Origin: a virus
Lineage: Duplodnaviria; Caudoviricetes
Length of the DNA: 44,712 nucleotides
Direction: 5' to 3' (one strand)
IMG/VR virus record: IMGVR_UViG_3300020042_003245
Location: 1 to 44,712 of that record
In this document: in pieces, positions 40,450-44,712 of the stretch
How the letters are laid out: the number at the start of each line of letters is the position of its first letter
Position numbering within the stretch: the first letter of the stretch is position 1
Made by a program: the position numbers and the translations under genes
The notes under the pieces: model-generated
Told to the model about the DNA's origin: nothing
Seen by the model: the letters and a program-made list of their open reading frames with translations, nothing else
Databases searched by the model: none

Positions 40450-41669
40450 TAAAACGCTCCACCAACAATCCCTACGGGCAAACGTAATCCTGTTGAAGCC
40501 AAGGTTCCAGCATTCACGCCAGCAACTGCAAAGCCAAGCTGATTACTAGCGGCCTGATACAAACCAGTTGTTGGGCTAGATGTAAACGACAGCGATGGCG
40601 CGGCGGCAGAACCGTTTCCCAATGTCAATGCATTGATTGACGAAGATGTTGATGTTTGTGCGTTATAAACGTTTGTGCCATCGCAAATTGCAATAATTGT
40701 TTGATTCTGTGGCAATACAACAGTTGTGCCGCCCGAAACACCAGTGGTAAACGTCAGAGTAAAAGAGCCAGTTGTGTTGTTTCTAAGTGAATATAACTGT
40801 ACGGTTGGAGGAATAACCACAGTACAGTTTGATGTCAAAACTCCTTGGTACTCTTGAATGATGTTTGCGCCTTCTGCTGAGGTCAACGTAACAGTACCGC
40901 CAGTTACCGACTTGGTAAGCTGAGTAAAGAAGAACGTCGCTGATTGTCCGTAGGCATAGGTGAAGTAATTCAAACCATCGGAAACCACCACAAACGATTC
41001 TGCAATTTGAAGTTGTGCGCTTGCATTTCCATCAATTGTGTTTGCACCTGTCAAGGCTACATTCAAAATGCCAGTGCCATTGTTTTTGATCACAACGTAC
41101 CAGCCTTCACCAACTGCCACTGCGTTGGGCAGTGTGACCGTGCCAGCGCCGCCAATCCACGCATAAAGGGATGATTGATCTGCTGGTAATAAACTGTAGC
41201 TAGAAGAAAAAGTTGAAACCAACGTAGATGTGTTTAACGTGGTAGAAACGGCTGTAAGGCCATACCCGGCCAATGTGGCGGCGTTGGCCGCTGATGTACC
41301 AGCGCCAAACGTTACCGTGCCCCAAGTACCGTTAATGGTGGTGTTGTTGGTGACGTAGATGTATTGAGCAATACCAGACGCAATTGACACGATGGTGGTG
41401 CCGCTGGTGTTTACTACTGTGAATGAATAAGAGCCAATGTTGCGAATTAATACACTTTGACCTGTAGACACCGAGGTCGCAGGCGGCATGTACAGTTTTA
41501 AGTTTGTGTTGAGCGTCGCTGTGACTTCAATGATGTTTGCTACAACATTGTCAGTGTTGCCGTTGATAGGCCACTGAAGTTCGGTGTCGGCGCTAATCGA
41601 CAGGCTCTCATAACCCACTTGCGATGGGCTGATTGTTTGACCTGTGTATGGGTTTATGTAACTTGTCAT
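40449..41669 (-). CDS. Tail fibre/appendage protein (406 aa)
   Basis: Thr/Ser/Gly-rich beta repeats (TVTLP...GWYVVIKNNG...TIDG; GSAAAPSLSF...TGLY). Confidence 0.7.
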   Translation of the reverse strand: MTSYINPYTGQTISPSQVGYESLSISADTELQWPINGNTDNVVANIIEVTATLNTNLKLYMPPATSVSTGQSVLIRNIGSYSFTVVNTSGTTIVSIASGIAQYIYVTNNTTINGTWGTVTFGAGTSAANAATLAGYGLTAVSTTLNTSTLVSTFSSSYSLLPADQSSLYAWIGGAGTVTLPNAVAVGEGWYVVIKNNGTGILNVALTGANTIDGNASAQLQIAESFVVVSDGLNYFTYAYGQSATFFFTQLTKSVTGGTVTLTSAEGANIIQEYQGVLTSNCTVVIPPTVQLYSLRNNTTGSFTLTFTTGVSGGTTVVLPQNQTIIAICDGTNVYNAQTSTSSSINALTLGNGSAAAPSLSFTSSPTTGLYQAASNQLGFAVAGVNAGTLASTGLRLPVGIVGGAF

Positions 41670-41671
41670 TT

Positions 41672-42310
41672 TTATGAATCCACGGCAATGGCTTGACGAT
41701 CACCAACTCGCGCAACATCCTCTGCTTTAAGAGCTTGAAGCGCCTCGGTGTACTTTTGCTGAAAGATTGTGCGCTGGTCGTTTTTGAGGAACTGCATCGC
41801 TTGCAACAGGGTGCCAAACAACATAGCGTTTGGTGCATTTTGAGTAAGCCAGTTGGTCTGATTAGTAGAACTCAACGGGGCAATACGCTCGTAGTAAAGC
41901 ACTTCAAAGTCGTAGTTCGTATCAGGTGTGGGTGCCAAGTACCAGTGCTCCCAATCGGTATCTGCGTAGTACAAGGGCACATCGGTCTCAGTATCGTCAG
42001 GCCAGTAGTTCTTCAGGTACTCGTATTTGCGAAGGTAGACAGGTTGTTTCTTGCCGCTCGCCTTGACGCTCATGGACACCGTCTTGCGCCACCGGGCAGG
42101 CTTTTGCAGGATTGGGTTGTCCGGGGTCATTGCGGCTTCGACCACTTGCAATTGACCCAGCGTCTTGATCTCCTGAGCAATTTCAAACTCAGCCAGTGAG
42201 ATGAAGGTGGGAATTGCATCAACAACAGAGGCATCTTTACGCTCCAAGTACTGAAGTACCGTGGAGGTCAAGCTGTCGTAAGTCATCACCCATGATGGGA
42301 TTAGTGTCAT
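41672..42310 (-). CDS. Head-tail adaptor (tail tubular protein A-like)
   Basis: MTYDSL, IPTFISLAE, LAPTPD, TNWLTQNAP motifs. Confidence 0.75.
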   Translation of the reverse strand: MTLIPSWVMTYDSLTSTVLQYLERKDASVVDAIPTFISLAEFEIAQEIKTLGQLQVVEAAMTPDNPILQKPARWRKTVSMSVKASGKKQPVYLRKYEYLKNYWPDDTETDVPLYYADTDWEHWYLAPTPDTNYDFEVLYYERIAPLSSTNQTNWLTQNAPNAMLFGTLLQAMQFLKNDQRTIFQQKYTEALQALKAEDVARVGDRQAIAVDS

Positions 42311-42322
42311 TGCGTCGTCCCT

Positions 42323-42664
42323 TTATCCAACATTGCGCTCAAAGTGAGGGCAGTCAACAAGTGATTTGAAGTTGCCTCCCCAGCGATTCTTGGGGTGCAA
42401 TGACTCCCAATATACGCCCAGTGGGGCAATCATCTCCTTGTCCCAGATTATCTTCCCTGCCTTGAAAAAGTTCAAATCAATCGCGCATCGCTTCAGGTGG
42501 ATTGAGTTGAGGGTCTTGGAGCGGCCTGTTTTGACGTATATAGCCTGTTGCTCAGGTGTCCTAGCCAACTCCCCGCCCGTGACCATGAAGCCCTGTGCGG
42601 TGGCGTATTCAATCAGTTTGCAGGCATCCAGCAAGAAAGACGCTTGTTCTGTGCTTAGGCTCAT
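42323..42664 (-). CDS. Endolysin, peptidase M15 family
   Basis: RTPEQQ, SIHLKRCAIDL, WGGNF, DCPHFE zinc-peptidase motifs. Confidence 0.9.
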   Translation of the reverse strand: MSLSTEQASFLLDACKLIEYATAQGFMVTGGELARTPEQQAIYVKTGRSKTLNSIHLKRCAIDLNFFKAGKIIWDKEMIAPLGVYWESLHPKNRWGGNFKSLVDCPHFERNVG

Positions 42665-43170
42665 TTCTTCCTCATTTCCATGATTTTTTCAACCGTCCTG
42701 CCTGCGAAATATGCGCCCATAACTAGCTGTCCCCAGCCAGCCAGCAAATTAACGTACCCTTCGTTAGCGTTGTACCCAAAAGCCGACATGGTTGTAAAAA
42801 TAAAATAAGCCGCCAAAATGGCTATAAGGCTTATAGGGCGAATGTTCTTGGATAGCCAAGAGTCAGATGCCATATCCGCTGTCCAGCGATTTGTGATGTT
42901 GTCAGCGTCGTTCTGAGCGGCTTTTGCCAACAGATCAAGTTCGGCCAGTTCCATTTTGGCTTTTTCAATACCAAGCTCCAGCAAACGTTCTTCGTGGTCA
43001 AACTGAAGCTGTCGTAGCTTGGACACGTCTTCTGCGGTTGGGTTGTCTGGAATCTTTACGCCCAGTGCGTTTTCAACTACCTCTTTGCCTTTGGCTTGGA
43101 TAGCTGATGACAGTAGTCCTAGACCGTTTTGAGCAAGACTACCAAGCAGGGATGCAACTATGGGGATCAT
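42661..43170 (-). CDS. Holin (3TM/GTA-holin-like)
   Basis: DSWLSKNIRP followed by two TM segments, AYFAGRTVEK; coupled to endolysin. Confidence 0.8.
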   Translation of the reverse strand: MIPIVASLLGSLAQNGLGLLSSAIQAKGKEVVENALGVKIPDNPTAEDVSKLRQLQFDHEERLLELGIEKAKMELAELDLLAKAAQNDADNITNRWTADMASDSWLSKNIRPISLIAILAAYFIFTTMSAFGYNANEGYVNLLAGWGQLVMGAYFAGRTVEKIMEMRKK

Positions 43171-43445
43171 TGTTTGTCCTTTTCTTCTAAATTCTTTACC
43201 AGCTTTTCAATCCTAGCCTCTGTGCGCTCTGTCTTTTTTTGCAGTGTCAGCGTATCAAAATACAGCATTGCCATCAATGGCATCACCAAGCAAATAAGAA
43301 TCATCAGCAGTATTGCAATGACTACGTATCCCGATTCATGTGAATGAGGTACATCAGCGCCCAGATTTCCAGAATTACCAACAAAGCCGCCCCAAGAATC
43401 AAAGCGTCGTTTTGCAATCTGTTTATCATTTGCTGACGTTGCCAT
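43167..43445 (-). CDS. Single-TM protein with C-terminal coiled coil
   Basis: YVVIAILLMILICLVMPLMAMLY then a coil; ATGA overlap with holin; start uncertain because it overlaps the upstream gene by 124 nt. Confidence 0.6.
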   Translation of the reverse strand: MATSANDKQIAKRRFDSWGGFVGNSGNLGADVPHSHESGYVVIAILLMILICLVMPLMAMLYFDTLTLQKKTERTEARIEKLVKNLEEKDKQ

Positions 43446-43849
43446 TTTTTCTTTCGTTCTGCTATTGTTTCTTGCTTAATATCTTCATCGCGCTTTTTGG
43501 CAAGCTTTTTAAACTCTGCCTCGTATCTTGACCAAACCGCACCCAACGCCGGGTCTGTGTGGTAGACCAAAAACTCACGCAACTCAACTGCTTGCCGTTC
43601 AAGTTCAATCTGGTTGAACACATTCTCAAGGGCTTGTGCTCTGAGTGTTTTTTCCTTTGGTGGGTTTAATTCGTTGCGCTTGACTTCTTTTTTGACTTCC
43701 TCATGCGCTTCAAAGAACTGCCCAATAAATCCCGAAATCTCCTTGGTTATCTTGTAGAGGTCAGAGCCTGTGGCTTTTGCCTCCTTGTACAGAGCAATTC
43801 CTGACTTTATGCTTGCTATTGCGGTAAGAGCAAGGGTGATGGCTTCAAT
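43322..43849 (-). CDS. Membrane protein (175 aa) with probable ATT start
   Basis: Frame is open 76 codons upstream of the track's GTG 43621, to ATT 43849, 6 nt after GGAG; (M)EAITLALTAIASIKSGIALYKEAK...; C-terminal TM. Confidence 0.7.
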   Translation of the reverse strand: MEAITLALTAIASIKSGIALYKEAKATGSDLYKITKEISGFIGQFFEAHEEVKKEVKRNELNPPKEKTLRAQALENVFNQIELERQAVELREFLVYHTDPALGAVWSRYEAEFKKLAKKRDEDIKQETIAERKKKWQRQQMINRLQNDALILGAALLVILEIWALMYLIHMNRDT

Positions 43850-44065
43850 TTACAGCTCCAAAAGTTTTTTCACAAACTCGGCGGCAACGCCGGGGCCAAG
43901 CAACACCAAGATGATCACCGCATAAAGCAGGTACTCAATCTTGGTCATACGCTTGGAGCCATCGTCAAACCGAGCCTGAATTCCTTCATATCGTTGAGCG
44001 CAAATTGCCTCATGGATACTTAGGCGTTTATCAGTCTCAGTAGCGAGTTCGTGAATTTCTGGCAT
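43850..44065 (-). CDS. Small membrane protein of lysis region (71 aa)
   Basis: HEAICAQRY coil plus C-terminal TM. Confidence 0.7.
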   Translation of the reverse strand: MPEIHELATETDKRLSIHEAICAQRYEGIQARFDDGSKRMTKIEYLLYAVIILVLLGPGVAAEFVKKLLEL

Positions 44066-44069
44066 TTTT

Positions 44070-44303
44070 TTACTCTGGTTGTACTTCTACTGCTTCAGCA
44101 GGTTGTTCAGCCAACGCCTGCTTCAGCATGTTGAAGAATGAATCTCGACCAACTTGCAGTTGATCCAAATTAAATCTTGCTGATCCAACTTTGCGCTCCA
44201 GATCAACAACGTGATCTAAAAGCGCCTTTTGCTGGTCAGTCATCTTTGAAATGTCGTACTCAACGCCATCAATCATGATTTGGGGGTTTGTGTTGTTGCC
44301 CAT
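44070..44303 (-). CDS. Small coiled-coil protein, tail-fibre associated (77 aa)
   Basis: Start ATG 44303 (AAGGAG RBS); IDGVEYDISKMTDQQK. Confidence 0.65.
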   Translation of the reverse strand: MGNNTNPQIMIDGVEYDISKMTDQQKALLDHVVDLERKVGSARFNLDQLQVGRDSFFNMLKQALAEQPAEAVEVQPE

Positions 44304-44350
44304 TTCATTTCTCCTTTTTTTTACCGCCATCGTAGGCTGGCGGCTTGCCT

Positions 44351-44563
44351 TTATGCCGATGCTGTACGCAATGGGGTCAGATTCTCTGTTGTCCAGTAAT
44401 CCTTAGCCAGCATGATGACCAAATGCTCTTTGTTGCGTGACAAGCAATCTGCCCAATCAGCATCAGTCATGCCTTCGGGCTGACCGCCATTAATAAGGTT
44501 TACGCTGTCCATTGCGGCAGAGTAGTGCTGTGCAATTTGTTCTGCTGTGATTTCATTTTCCAT
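44351..44563 (-). CDS. Hypothetical protein (70 aa), tail-fibre associated
   Basis: AAGGAG RBS; HYSAAMDSVNLIN...RNKEHL. Confidence 0.7.
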   Translation of the reverse strand: MENEITAEQIAQHYSAAMDSVNLINGGQPEGMTDADWADCLSRNKEHLVIMLAKDYWTTENLTPLRTASA

Positions 44564-44578
44564 TTTTAATCTCCTTGG

Positions 44579-44712
44579 TTAAGTGGATTCAAGTGCTGTG
44601 ATTCGTGCTGTCAGTTCTTCAATTTTAATTAACGCTTCACCAAGTGCTTTGAATGCTTTCATTTGCGCTACAGAATAACTGACAGACAAAGATGTAGTGT
44701 CTAACAACTCGC
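44579..44712 (-). CDS. Tail fibre C-terminus (intramolecular chaperone, peptidase S74-like coil), partial
   Basis: Not in ORF track. ...LSVSYSVAQMKAFKALGEALIKIEELTARITALEST-stop; enters from window end. Confidence 0.7.
   Translation of the reverse strand, partial: ELLDTTSLSVSYSVAQMKAFKALGEALIKIEELTARITALEST

Noticed and set aside
608-43531. Numerous + strand ORFs opposite the long minus-strand genes (e.g. 5638..6210, 13012..13671, 25058..25762, 37060..37737)
   Set aside because: Antisense shadows of well supported genes, with no RBS or recognisable motifs
44325-44344. Hairpin CCGCCA...TGGCGG as a terminator
   Set aside because: On the coding (minus) strand it is followed by an A run and an RBS, not a U tract

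Overview
This window is most of a tailed dsDNA phage genome with a podovirus-like layout (portal, adaptor, nozzle and ejection proteins; no tape measure, tube or sheath seen). The host is probably Gram-negative, by inference only. The window cuts the structural module: terminase, two large cargo genes, portal, GroES, scaffold and major capsid run leftward off position 1. Tail fibre, lysis genes, adaptor, nozzle and ejection proteins run leftward in from position 44712. The middle holds small accessory genes (14.2-22.7 kb), a replication block (ParB-like, SF2 helicase, Toprim primase), a Cro-like HTH gene and a short divergent + strand operon (SSB-like, PD-(D/E)XK exonuclease). No integrase, CI repressor, tRNA or CRISPR array was seen. 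Most notable: (1) an acyl carrier protein, an intact Cys-His-His ketosynthase and a possible GNAT-like protein sit between the nozzle and two unusually Cys-rich ejection proteins, a candidate virion-protein lipidation system; (2) a recurrent GG motif at domain junctions of five virion/cargo proteins suggests polyprotein processing; (3) five extended -10 promoters share an operator and each has a +1 A followed at once by a hairpin; (4) a promoter-driven ~450-nt structured non-coding region has a C4/CI-like switch; (5) a probable ATT-start gene lies in the lysis region. All family calls come from motif recognition by eye, not database searches.
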